A stretch of 60,303 bases of DNA, the filler included, from Sphacelaria rigidula (Eukaryota): NCBI GenBank assembly GCA_964200075.2. It is 10 parts of 10 records of this genome, joined end to end, with 100 filler letters (N's around TTAATTAATTAA, not from the genome) between each part and the next. Parts side by side here need not be neighbours in the genome. Positions count along the whole stretch, not along the records: positions 6,042 to 11,982 come from CAXNAA020023319.1; positions 12,083 to 18,023 come from CAXNAA020023320.1; positions 18,124 to 24,064 come from CAXNAA020023321.1; 7 more parts are not named here. One strand, written 5' to 3'. Below, piece by piece: positions 11,500 to 24,164 of the stretch (within the stretch, counting starts at the first letter, position 1; each line of letters opens with the position of its first letter). The translations under genes and the position numbers were made by a program. The notes beneath the pieces were generated by a model, which worked only from the letters and a program-made list of their open reading frames with translations, made no database searches and was not told where the DNA came from.

Positions 11500-11982
11500 C
11501 AGTGAGTCATCTCAAGCTCAGGACCGCCTCCAGAAGGCATGGGATCTCCGGGAAAGTGTATGGAAAAAACAACGAGCAAACCCCAAAGACACTGCCCTGA
11601 AGAAGGCGCTGAAGGTGACGGACAAGGCGTTTAAGCGGGCGAAGAATGCTGAGCTGCAGAATTTCGTCCACGAGTTCACAGTCCGAACCGCGGACTTTGT
11701 TCGCAAGAAGGATCAAGCAGGACTGTACCAGCATATCAAGTCCTTGGAACTGGAAGGGAAGAAGCAGAGCGACTCAACCTACGTCCGGAGCGCGACTGGC
11801 GAGCTGTTGCGGGACAAGCAAGCTATCCTGCAACGATGGAAGGAATGGTTTGACACACTGCTGAACGCAACCTCACCTACAATCGATCACTCTGTCATCG
11901 ATCTCATCGAACAGCTGCCAGAGCACACATCGCTCGCGGCGGAGCCCTCGATGGCAGAAGTGAAGCAAGCGGTGGGCAAACT
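11500..11982 (+). mobile_element. RTE-like LINE ORF2 fragment (between endonuclease and RT); 5'-truncated, cut by the contig end
   Basis: ...YVRSATGELLRDKQAILQRWKEWFDTLLN...EPSMAEVKQAV matches the conserved pre-RT segment of non-LTR elements. Confidence 0.85.
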
Positions 11983-12829
11983 NNNNNNNNNNNNNNNNNN
12001 NNNNNNNNNNNNNNNNNNNNNNNNNNTTAATTAATTAANNNNNNNNNNNNNNNNNNNNNNNNNNNNNNNNNNNNNNNNNNNNGGAGTGCTGTTCAAAGAG
12101 ATGCTCTACAGAGCCTGCGCACCAGAGACTGAATAACGCTAGATAAAAATATCCAACAACGACAAGAAGAACAAAAAAGGACAACCTGACTGTAATCCAT
12201 AAGACCATATTTTCTGGCAACGAATCTCGATATTTTTAGAACCCGATTTCTTCATGGCAATTTACGGGTGTTGCGCGTATATGTTTGTATATATTTGGAT
12301 TTTGGTTGTTTCGTTTATTTTTCGTTTTTGAACAAGGGGAAGACAATATATCGGGAGGACTAAAATTCGCAAACTTGAAATCGGGGGGACCGTCTTATGG
12401 TATCACAGATTTGTGAAACAGTTCCACACGTCGGACGGATCAGCTCATGACAGATCCGGGTCAGCTCATCTGGGGCATAGGTCATGATCCGTCCGAGGTG
12501 AGCTGTCACCCGTGCACGCTTGTCCGATGCTGATCCGTAGGATCCACTTGACCCGTACATATTTGCCGAGCGACGGGCTGTACGACCCGCTTCACACAAA
12601 CACTTTCGTGTATGACTTATCTGCAGACCTGTGTCATCTGTACATCACATACAATAGTTGTCATTTGCATCACTCGGGTCAGGCAAGCGCAGTAGCTTGT
12701 CGTCGACCCGCGCGATTTGAATCTCGTGTACACCAAAAGCTACCCATTACCTGTGGAATCCGAAGCTAGTATACAAGAAACCCTCTCCCGCACCCGTAAG
12801 ATCCGGATCAAGTATGCAAGAAAACAGTA

Positions 12830-13809
12830 CAGTGGGGGGCTCTCAGTAGTGCCGGTTGAATAGTGCCAAGGACCTATATAATGCCGGTAAAATCTCCGGG
12901 CACAGCCAGAGCTCGCAGTAGTGCCGCTCGGCACTACTGACATGTGACCCTCAGTAGTCCTGGTTTGAACGGTTTTGTACCCTCAACAGTGCCGGTTCCG
13001 GACACACTCACGCACGCCTTACCCCCCACCAACCAAGCACCAGTTGGGATACAGCAGGGTACGTGCTGGTGCAGACCTTGCAACGTAGGGACACAACATG
13101 CCTTGTGCGTTTGGTGGTTGCTTTACTGATGTTGTTTTCTATCGGGTAGCCCGTAGCATCTACGCCCGAGCACAGCCACGGGAGGAGTCGTGTCTAGTCT
13201 ACTGCATCGGTGTGTTTTTTTTTCGAGGTCGTTTGTTTCTCTCTCTCCTTGCATCGGTAGCCGCTAGGAAATGAAAAGGGGTGTGGTTCATTCTTTCTCG
13301 CTCACTCCTTTTGGTGGGCGGTGTACTCTTCCGTGAGTTTTTTTCCACACCAGATGCCGCACCTTCATAGTTGCGTTAGGTGCAGATGTGTCCTTGTTTT
13401 CTTGTCGGGAAGGTATTTCGGCATGAGCAACTTTTGTGGCCGTACTGCTGCTGTTGTGCTAGTAGGGAAGGAAATGATCAACCCGTGAACAGGATCATTC
13501 AAGTTGAATGTGGAGAACAAAAAAACATCGGGTTTAGTTCTGCTACCCCTAAACCTTACGTGACGTACCCTATCGAAACCCCTTGAAACAAAGGTCCTCG
13601 TTCGTTTTGTGCTTCCGTTGGTCCCACGAAGGGCAAGTGTAGCACTGTACGAACGGACAATCGCTAGTAGTGCCAGAACCGGCACTACTGAGGTATTCAG
13701 AGCCCTCAATTGCACCGGTTTTGGCACTTTTCAGAGTAGTGCCGGGCTCTCTGAGTAGTGCCGGTGTCCGTGGTGGGCACATACCAGCACTACTGAGAGC
13801 CCCCCACTG
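12830..13809. mobile_element. Tc1/mariner (pogo-like) non-autonomous element, 980 bp
   Basis: TIR CAGTGGGGGGCTCTCAGTAGTGC(C/T)GGT at both ends, TA on both flanks, subterminal agtagtgccg repeats. Confidence 0.85.
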
Positions 13810-13811
13810 TA

Positions 13812-14320
13812 TTCAGCTCCTTCGCCTGTTGACCTGTATGACCCGGGTATAATACATGCTCACAAGTCCGGACGTTGGCTGTAGCAATCCGGACACATGC
13901 AACATGAAGTACGTATATTTTATTCCGAGTGGTTCCACGATGGGGATTCATATTTTTTTCGAAGATGTGCACTGTCGGCGCATCCAAATGAAGTGTACAA
14001 TAAACAGTTTTCAGTCTTCCTCACCTGCTAACCCGGCCCGCGTACAATCTGCATGTTCACAAGTCCGTATGTTGGCTGTAGCAACCTGGCATGTGGAACA
14101 TGAAGTACGTATATTTTATTCCGAGTGGGTCCACGTTAGGGCTGCATATTTTTTCCGAAGACATGAACTGTCGGCGCATCCGAGTGAAGTATACAATAAA
14201 CTGTATTCAGTACTTCTCTCCTGCCAACCCGTATGACCCTGGTACAATGTGCAGGTTCACAAGTCCGTGTGTTGATTTTTGACTGTAGCAGCTGCACGAA
14301 GTACGTATACTTTTTATTTA
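13812..14320. repeat. Tandem repeat, ~197-bp unit, ~2.6 copies
   Basis: cacaagtccg...aacatgaagtacgtatattttattccgagtgg...actgtcggcgcatcc recurs at ~197-bp spacing. Confidence 0.85.
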
Positions 14321-16592
14321 TTGGCGCTTGTCCTAACATGTTTGATCATCGACGCGTACATTGCCGGCGTTGAGGCACGGGTATCTCCCGCAAGCCTGCT
14401 CGACGATCAGCCGTATGACCTTTGCGATCTGAATTTGATCTGTATCCGTGTTGACCCGTTTAATCTACATAAATTTCTCGTGTGGTAACCTATAGAACCC
14501 GGCTGCTCTGCACATATGGCGTGATGACTAATCTGTATGGCCCGTGTGATTCGTACATATCTGTCTGATGATGATCTGTACGACCCATATGATTCGTACA
14601 TATCTGTCTGATGATGATCTGTTTGACCCGAGTATCCGTGCATCACCTCCTTGGGCACACCCATGTAATCCGAATCAGGTGTATTCGAAACGTCAAGAAG
14701 AACCTGAGTATACTTATAACCCGTACAAGATACCTCCCTCCTGATCGATGATGTCCGGAACACGAGGACCGTTTCGCAACTAGTTGCACTGTATCATCCG
14801 AATCGGGTACACAGGTGTGTTGACACTCGAGCTGTATGACCTGCGTCCTGTAGGAAGTGGTGCGTCCGACGTGTGAACAGTTCCGTACACAGACGGTAAT
14901 TTTCTGCATGAGTGTGGTATCGCGACTGGTGTATGAAGCCGAAGAGCAGGCAGGCGATGAATAATCCTTCGAGTACAGTGTCGTACCGTGGCACCCTAGG
15001 GTAATACGGTGCATGGCACTCCATCATTACAGTATATTATAGTGCCGTGTGGTAATACATGATGGCACAGTCGGGATTGCGAGAACAGTGCACAGTGTGC
15101 GAGAAGAGTTCAGTGATGCAGTGCATACATCATCTTGCAAGTACAACGCCAACAGACGAGGATACTGTAGTACAGTACCGTTCGTTATAGTGCTACGTAT
15201 GGCAGCGCAGTGCGGCACAGAATATTTTACCATCGCCGCAGGGTACGGCGTCAACACTTATTATCCGCTTGTCAAACCCCGTGCGAAGTTGCTCAACAGC
15301 TGGCGCAGGCAGGCACGCCCTGCGTTGTCACGAAACTGTCTCCTGCTGCGGTTGCAAAAGTATCAAAAGCCTTGTACCCTACCATTGTACGTCACTGCAC
15401 GTACGTCACCCCTTCAAAATCTGAAAGACCTTATCTTCCCCCCTATTTTTCGAAAAATCGGGAAAAATAGTTCGAAGATCGTGACACCCCGATTTTTTCT
15501 CCCTCGATTTGGTCCAAATCCGGGTCTATATAATGCGTTTCCCGATTTTTTTCCTCCCGATGCTAAAAAAACTCGAGATTGGTGACTGCCACGAAATATG
15601 GTTCAAGTCTTGAAAGCGAGCTTTTCTGGAGTTATTCTAATAGGCGGAGCAAGGACTTACACTGTTTTCGAGACTGCGGTCGGAGTTGACCGCGAGTCAG
15701 AAGGGTCGGACTGATGCAAAGATTAAAAAAGCACTAGTGAGGTGGCTGAGTGTTGGAGTGCCCTGGAGACCACGCCGTACCCTACGGCAGGGGGCGGGCA
15801 GGGGTAGGTATAGGAAAATATCGGCTCACCTAACTAGCTGTTTGTGCGCTTTGGAACACTCCTGCAGCTAGTGAGCGGCTTGCAGAGGCCTTCGTCTGCT
15901 TTAACATGTGTTTTTTGGACGAAACGTCATTTTTTCCAGAAGGCAACAGTTTGGGGTGGAGTGAGGGGGAGGGGGGCGTTTATTCGTGATCTTGCATGAC
16001 GCAGTCATATGGTCATTGACCTCGCACCCCTACAAAGCCGGGATGGGGAGCAAGGGGAGGGGAGGGGGGTGGACTGAGAAAATATCACGCCTCGCGTCAA
16101 ACTGAATGGGTTCGCAAGGAGGAAACTCAGGTAGACCTCTCGTCTCAAACATGGTTTTTGAGCCTATCCCCGGAATAGTGCTTTTTGCTAATTGTAATGG
16201 TCCGGTACTTAACACCTTCGGTTTGAATATACCTGTTGTATTAAACCGCCCATGACTCATATTTTGCTCCTGTCTACGCTACTTGATCTACCGCTATGAG
16301 CAGAGCGCACCTTCAACGTTTCTATTTTGTTTTACTCATGTACTGTAAATTTTCCATCGCTCCCCTTCCCCAGGATGCGTCCGTAGCGTCGGGGGATCAA
16401 TTAATCTCTCCCCCGATACTGCGCTTTTTTTTTGGCGCGCTTTGAACCCCCCCCCTTCCTCGGGACGAGTCCGTGGTCTCAGGGGATCAATCCATCTCTC
16501 CCGGGTAGTACTGTACGCGCTTTACCTCGTGGTATCACAGCTTTAGTCAGCACTCCCGCACCGCCTAGACTCTCGTCAAATGAGTTTTTTTG

Positions 16593-16846
16593 CAAGGGTG
16601 TGTTAGGTAGGGTATTTCCTACATTTGAGTATTTTGAAAAAATCGTACTCTAAGCACCCAAAATTGGGTGAGAGTATTGACACCTTACTCATCAGTACCC
16701 AGATATTGAGTAGAGTAATGCAAGCAATCGTACCTCATTTTACCCGAAATATTTATTTGGGCAGAGTTTGGAAATTCGGACCGTCGCAAACACAAAAATC
16801 GGCAAGGTAAAAACCCGGGAATTTTACCCTACCCAACATACCCTTG
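16593..16846. mobile_element. MITE-like element with ~22-bp TIRs
   Basis: caagggtgtgttaggtagggta ... taccctacccaacatacccttg; no TSD seen. Confidence 0.6.
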
Positions 16847-19800
16847 CTCCTTCACTATTAACTTCCTCGCGCTTCCAACAATGGAGAATCAGGTACATAT
16901 CTTGAATATCCCCTAAATCGACATCTCCCGGAAGGCAGCTCCGCAATCTCCCGCCCTAGCTGTAACCATATTTTCCAGGTATACCACCGGGATACGGCGG
17001 CAAATGATCACACCCTGGACAATATATGGTCAATAGATGCAATAGACACAAAATATACTGGATCAAGTATAGACACATTGCATGTATTAACCATATATTG
17101 TCCAGGCTGTGCAAATGATATACGAGCTGGGCCAGCCTAGAGTTATTTGCGAATGTACCCGGGCCGGGCGGTGGGTAATCCGAAGCGTTGGGCGCCGAAA
17201 TTTTCACAAAACATTTTTATTATCACTACGCACAACCTTACCGGGGATGTCAAGGAAAACCCCCCCAGGAAGTTAGAGGGATTTGAAGTTTCGGCAAAAA
17301 CTAGAAAAATGATGTAACTCCGTGAAAATAAAGAAACACGGGGGCATCCCTTGTGTGGTTGTGCGTCCTTGTGTGGAGGAGATCTTGGTGCATTTTCGGC
17401 CAAAAATTCCAGAAATTTGGCGCAGCAAGATCTTTTCGTGTGGCACGGCTGCGCTCCTTTAACCCTTACGGGACCGACCCCCACTGCCACAGGGTTGACC
17501 CTGTGGTATTGAAATAATTGAAAAGAAGTCTTCGAGCGACCTGCCCAATCACGGCGAGGCGAAATTTATCGACCAGACCCCAACGACCAGCGCGGGGAGT
17601 GTTAGCGAGTTCGATGCCACTGCAAAGATCGTGTGGGGACCCTATCCCTGGCCCAGATAAGCCTTCCCAGGTTTCCAAGTGCAGGGCGGTCAAAACTTGG
17701 TGATATGATACTACTTGCACTCAGTACAGCGTTCCCGAGTTTTCCGGTGTTTTTTTGGGTCACAATTTTTTACTGAAACGTAGTAATTACACTAACACAG
17801 GGTCGACCGGGAAAAACGGGAAGGAGTGTACATGCCACAATGTGGTCATTTTCACGAGGCACTAAACCAAGGTGGGCCGTGGAAAGACAAAAGGAGCTAT
17901 CGTCATGAATTCTGCTTATCCTCCTGCCGATGATTTGCAGTGTGCAGTTAACATGTATCTAATGGGCGGGGATGAATCAGCGGTATGTAGGCAGTTGATC
18001 TCGGTAGCTGAGAATTGCCCAGGNNNNNNNNNNNNNNNNNNNNNNNNNNNNNNNNNNNNNNNNNNNNTTAATTAATTAANNNNNNNNNNNNNNNNNNNNN
18101 NNNNNNNNNNNNNNNNNNNNNNNATTCGTTGGTTGCACCTAGCCACAGCTGCCCAACTGCTGCGGACGTTTGGGGGAGGAAGATGGCTTCGCTAGGTCGC
18201 TAGTGTTTCGCGTCTTCCCTGCAAAAGAGAAATGCCACATCAACCCCATATTTTGTATCGACCTCATTTTCTAGGATTCACTGTTCTCTGGTGATATCGT
18301 CATCGACACGCGTGTACACCGCAGTCGTTCGGTGCATTTAGCTACAACTGATGATTCACAGTTGCGGACTTCTGGGGGGAGAGATGGTTTCGCTCCGTGT
18401 TACTGTTTCGCGTCGTCCCTGCAAAAAAATATGCCACTTGAATATCATTTTTGAGATGAAAGTCATTTTTCAGGATCCGCTGTTACTGTTAATCCGGCTC
18501 TCCGTCGACCGATTATCTCCGCGCTTCAAGGTGGGCACGAGCGGTGTTGCGGTTGACTGTGTCGACAGAAAGCGTGAGAGCAAAATAGAACAGCAAAACA
18601 AGAACGGCGTCGGGGAAAACAAAAACACTGAACGAATCCCCTACTCTTCGAAACATATCGTTTTTTTCCGACAAAATACCATCTCGTTTCCTCTGAGAAA
18701 AAAAAGAAGAATGCTTCGCCCTCTAACCGCTCGGAGAATGTCCGTTCGTCGGGTCGTCATGAGTTCCACTGGAAACATGACTTCTCAGATTGATCCGCTC
18801 TACTGCTGGCGGTTAGTTAATTCATTTCCGACCGATTAATCCTTCGATGAGTAAGGCTGGGAGGGGTGGGGAGGGGAGGAGGGGCGCTGGCGTTGATCGC
18901 TTAAAAAACAGGGGTTCGTGGGTGTGTTTCACGGGTCACGCGGTGGTCATGCACTGGTATGGCTGTGGCTGAAAACGTGGCCAAGCGGTGTTGACGCGTG
19001 TGCTACGTTGGTGACTTACAAAGGGCACTCAGGTGAGGATACAGCGCTAGCAGCGACGCTTCAAAGTGACTCCTTCCTGCAATGAGTGGCTTGAATCCTC
19101 CTCGCCTCCCCCTCCTCCCCCCTTGCTCCGTCTCGAAAGAGATGTATGGTCAATGGTCAAACGACCAAGGCAAGCAACAAAAGAGTGCGCCCCCCCCGCC
19201 TCCTCCAACTTAGCGTAGGTTCACTCGCCTTCCCCGATATGTTCGTCGAATGTAACTGATGGCTATGACGTCATAGCCCGATATACAGGATATATCAACG
19301 CATGAAGTCTATCTCAACAAGAAGTTGCTTAAAAAACTCATCATGACGTCAAACTCATATCTGGCAGTTTCTGGCCGCCGGAAACCTCTTGATCCAGACC
19401 ATCCATGTTTATGTGTGCGTCCGCGTATTGAACGAGCAAGGATTCCTTATTTCGTTCATGTATGTCAGGATGAGAGAGCGGTGTGATCCGACAAACCGGA
19501 AGGCAGGGGTTGTTGCCGCTGTCGCCCGCGCGATCACAGCAACCGTTCATTGCCGACGATGGCTTGGTTTGCCGCTACGGCGGGATGGTGTTCAACATCG
19601 CATGATCAACATCCACTATTTTTCTCTTTCACGAAGCGAGTCGTCTTTACAACATCTCCAGACAAGCTGAAGCACTACCAACGACATGTTCGTGAGATCG
19701 GGAACGAGTATTCGACTCCGGAACAGGTCCGAAATCGATTCGGTGCATATGGCCGCCGATCAATTTCAGGCAGACCACATGAACGAGTGTGTGTTTTTCG

Positions 19801-21508
19801 TTGAAAGCTTGCAAACAGAAGAGGGAGAAATGCCTTTGCTCCATCGGGGATTGGGATGAGCGGTCGTGCCAAACGAAGAGAGAGATACGTACTTTGTCTC
19901 TGTTTGTACCCTACGCTGGAGACCTCTGTGTGCTGTCATCAGTCAACATCGAAGCGTGGGGCACAAATGTCAGGCTGCTAGCACAATTTCATGTCTTCAG
20001 ATGTGCTCCAAATCATCCGTACCCCCCTCCAACCTGCACAATGATCTGCACATGTCGGGATCCCCAGTTATTATCATAGGGTACGTCTACACCCCAAATA
20101 CTCGCCATATATTTTGAAAAGGGCTCAAGTATGCCTATTCGATTCTTTGCAGGAGAGCTCTCACATGATATTTGAAACTTCATTGTTCCCGAAATTTCAA
20201 CTACGAATACTCACGGCTTATCGATGTGGAACGGATACTCGTAAGACTTCGGAACATTCCGTTATCAATTGGCTCACAGTCTACCCTGAGATGTCATCTC
20301 TCCCCTCATGTTCTTTCGAATATATCTGAACACAGGTGGTACAGTTTTTACATTAACTGTGTGGGCTCAAAAATGCAACAATATCGTTTTTTGCTACTGA
20401 TTTCGACATACAATGATCTGCTTGATTATTAAGCTGATAACTATCACTTCGAAAAGCGAAACAGACCTAAAGAGAAATGTGTATTATTCCTGACTGATTG
20501 AAAATAATCAATTCCCAACGTCCGTACAGTAGAGTACAGTATTGTACAACATAAATGTAATGCAGGGGACGGAAAGTGTACAAGACACTGCTGCTACTAC
20601 CTTAGGTCAGACGAGCGTGTTGTGTGCGTGTACCGAGCAGGGTGTGTTCCTCCTCCACGAGGTTGTCTAAGTGAGGGATCACCGGACAGCTCCTGGCATG
20701 CTCGACGTACCAAAATACCAAGATGTCGGGTTTATCCTACCCGACCGAGGTTAGTTTTACATCAGTAGAGCTAACACCATTTTGGGCATGAGCTCTCACC
20801 CATAAACCCTACGGCAGTAGACCTATAGCCTTGGGCGCATATCTATGGCTGACAGCATCACTGCTTGATCCTAGACTTGAGAAAGCTGTGAGAAAGGTTA
20901 TGGTTTGAGGCAGGTGAGCGGTGGACCCAGCTCGTCCAGAACGTGCTTTTGTCGAAATCGGCGCCTGCGGCGTCGATTTGAGGTCTGCCAACGTACACTT
21001 TGCCTGGGGGAACCTATGTACCTCCCTTGCCCGAGGGTTTCGTACGCCTTGCGTCGGGGTCAGGAATGGGGTAAGCGTTATTGCTAGGTTGTTCGGAAAA
21101 ACAAACCATAGATCTACGCCCCAAAGCTATAGGTCGCCTCCCCTACGAATGCGAGGCATCAAACTGCGACTTGAATAAACCAGGAGGGGAAAAAATTCAC
21201 AGATATACATACCTACAGAGAAAAAAGAGAGAGTGCAGATTCGATCGTTAATTCGTGTTGTAGAAATTCGCCTGTCATCACAGAATTTTTACGCAATTTG
21301 TGAATGACTGTATGCGGAGGGCGGGTGGACTTGTCATGGTAGACGTTCATGTTGACAGTAGACGTCATAGCGTTTTAAATTACTTCTTCGCCTTCATCCC
21401 GGAGCCGTACGTCATACAAATGACGAGCCTCCACGATAGGGATGCTCTCCAAGCGCCACACACTTGCTCATATACAGCAATACACAAGACCTTCACACAA
21501 CAGATCCT

Positions 21509-22660
21509 GCAAATAAGGGTGAACACTCAAATGGGGTTGAAGTCGCCTTCCGAAAAGTCCTATGTCACGTGGAACAGTTTTGCAAAAACAGCCAACTGAG
21601 GATTTTTCGTGTCTATTGAAATTTCCCCTAGCTTGCCTTGTCGCGCATTATTGCTCCGGTGTCTGAAGTCATATGTATCTCCTTTGTTACATTCGAAACG
21701 GCTCCCACCAGGTGAGGCAAGCCACTGTTTATTTGATCCCCTCGTCTTAGGAGGAGGAGATGCCGCGATTGTTTTCGAGTCCCAGGAAAATTTGCAAGGG
21801 GCAGGGAGCATCCCACCTATGAAATTTCCTATTTTTACATCTTCAAAACGGTTTCAGCAACGAGAATTCTTGTCCGAAGCACCAACGGTGGCACTTTATG
21901 TATCGTAAAAGTATTTCCTTTTTCATCATTTCGAGAGACGTTCGAAAAACCTCCGGAACAAACAGCCGATCATCGAAATTGAGGATGGAGCTTTTCACTA
22001 AGGGTGAGAACCCAGAGGATTAAAATCTTAGTATCCACACAAAATCTTCGGATCATGGTTCCATTCCTTCACCTACTGGTAGCTATTGACAACTGCTACA
22101 CGATATACAAATATGGATTTCGATAACCGAAATGTTGGGGTCCTAGGTGAAAATTTGATTTAAGGGAATTTCGTCGATCCGATCGGATCAGCTGAATTCC
22201 TCAAAACTTTCTCTTCACCTAGGACCCCAACGTTTTGGTTATCAAAATCAATATTTGTACAGCGTGTAGCAGTTGCCAATAGCTACCAGTAGGTGAAGGA
22301 ATGGAACCATAATCCGAAGATTTTGTGTGGACACTTAGATTTTAATCCTCCGGGTTCTCATCCTTAATGAAAAGCTCCATCCTCAATATCGTGATCAGCT
22401 GTCACCAGTTTCTCATGAAACCCAAAGAAAGCGGACGGAGCTCCTTCTCTCACCTGGTTAGAGCCGTTTCGAACGTGCAAAGGGGATGCATCTATGACTT
22501 TAGACACCGGAGCAACAATGCGCGACAAGGCAAGCGAGGGGAAGTCTCATCAGACAAATAAAATCGTCAGTTACGGTTGTTTTTGCGGAACTATTTCACG
22601 CAACATGTGACTTTTCGGGAGGAGACTTCAACCCCCAATTGAGTGTTCAACCTCATTTGC
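21509..22660. repeat. Spacerless ~1.15-kb foldback palindrome
   Basis: Arms pair outward from gatccgatcggatc (22176-22189). 21961-22180 matches 22185-22402; 21509-21716 matches 22448-22660. Partial third arm at ~23092-23230. Confidence 0.85.
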
Positions 22661-23312
22661 CCTGTTGTTCGTAGCAAACTGCCATCCATATATCACGTGC
22701 GCACTGGGCAATTTGAACTCATTCATCAAGTGCCTTGGAATCGGTCTACTGAACGTGGCGACGGAAGCAGCCGAGAACCTTGTGTATATTCCATTCATTC
22801 TTCCGACGGAATGATTACCATCATTTACGGTAACAGTCAGTCGCCAGATTCTCCCTGTATACCCTTCACTTACGCAACATCAACCATGCAGGCTCCACTC
22901 GAGCTGCGTTCACACCGCTAATGTCGATATGCAGTATGCAATATAAAAGTGCCGCCGGTAGGCACGCATGCACTGTGTTTCCCCTCATATGTCATACATT
23001 CGGTCACAACTCAGTATCCCGCACCTTTGATATACCATCAATCTGCCCCTCAATGTACCCGAAATAATCCAAGTACATGTGCACTAGGGTTCAGCAGTTG
23101 TCGATAGCTATCAGTAGGTGAAGGAATGGAATCATATTTCGCAAATTTTGTGTGGGTACGAAATTCTTAATCCTCGGGGTTCTCATCCTCCATGAAAAGC
23201 TCCATCCTCTATTTCGATGATCGGCTGTTCTGTGGTGCCTGGGGGTGGCGAACCTGGCACCATACGGCTGCGACGATATATTCCAGTGGCTATGATCATC
23301 GGGACTATGTGT

Positions 23313-23317
<5 letters not shown>

Positions 23318-23351
<34 letters not shown>

Positions 23352-23405
23352 CGCAGTTAACTGTCCCCCCAAGGATCCAGCCGTGGTCACATGGTAGACA
23401 GGCAT
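23318..23405 (-). mobile_element. Retroposon 3' end with (CAAT)n tail
   Basis: gaccacggctggatcc...cagttaactgcgacaatcaatcaatc. Related ends at 32885-32965 (-), ~29733-29790 (+) and ~59292-59373 (+). Confidence 0.6.
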
Positions 23406-23891
23406 TCGACAAAGAGTATTCGCAATGCACAAGAGGGACAGTTTCCCCAAAGACGTTGATGGCGTCAAAAGTGGCGTCGTTTCTTTGGATTCGGATAGCT
23501 CTATAGGAAATGTCAGGGAGCGCGAGATGAAATACAAATCAGGACCCTTGGTTGCGAAGAAATTTGAGTTTGAACTTGAAGTAAAGCTTGGCACTTGCGT
23601 TGATTTGTATGCTGGTTTCAGGGGAGAATGTCAATTTTTAGCGTTGCAGATGTGAAAAAGTACGAAAAAGCCGCAAATTACCCGCGATTGATATATGTAA
23701 CGAGGCGCATAAATGTGCATATATATGGCGCTTGCGGGACGACGATTGAAACGGGTATAATCACGGCAAATGACAGGCGGAGGTGTACAGTGGTTAGAAA
23801 ATGACACATATTAGACTGACATTGAAAGGGAAAGATTGGATGCTGAACATCCAAACAACGAAAATACATAATAATGTTGTTTAGTGTTTTC

Positions 23892-24064
23892 GCCGCGCCC
23901 CGGTGGTGTAATGATCCGACTGTCGCCATTAGGGTGGAGAGAACGGGGGTTTGGCTTCCGATGCGTGGGTTTTTTTCTTCGTAATGTATGATTTCCACCG
24001 TGGAAAGCGTGAAAACGTGAGTAAACAAAATAGTCGACCGGGTATGTGAGACGTGAGTTGACGC
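23892..24064 (+). mobile_element. tRNA-derived SINE family A copy, cut by the contig end
   Basis: gccccggtggtgtaatgatccgactgtcgccattagggtggagagaacggg matches the reverse complement of 6042-6236. Confidence 0.75.
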
Positions 24065-24164
24065 NNNNNNNNNNNNNNNNNNNNNNNNNNNNNNNNNNNN
24101 NNNNNNNNTTAATTAATTAANNNNNNNNNNNNNNNNNNNNNNNNNNNNNNNNNNNNNNNNNNNN

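Noticed and set aside
19340..19880. Possible decayed transposase
   Set aside because: No recognisable motif in any frame.
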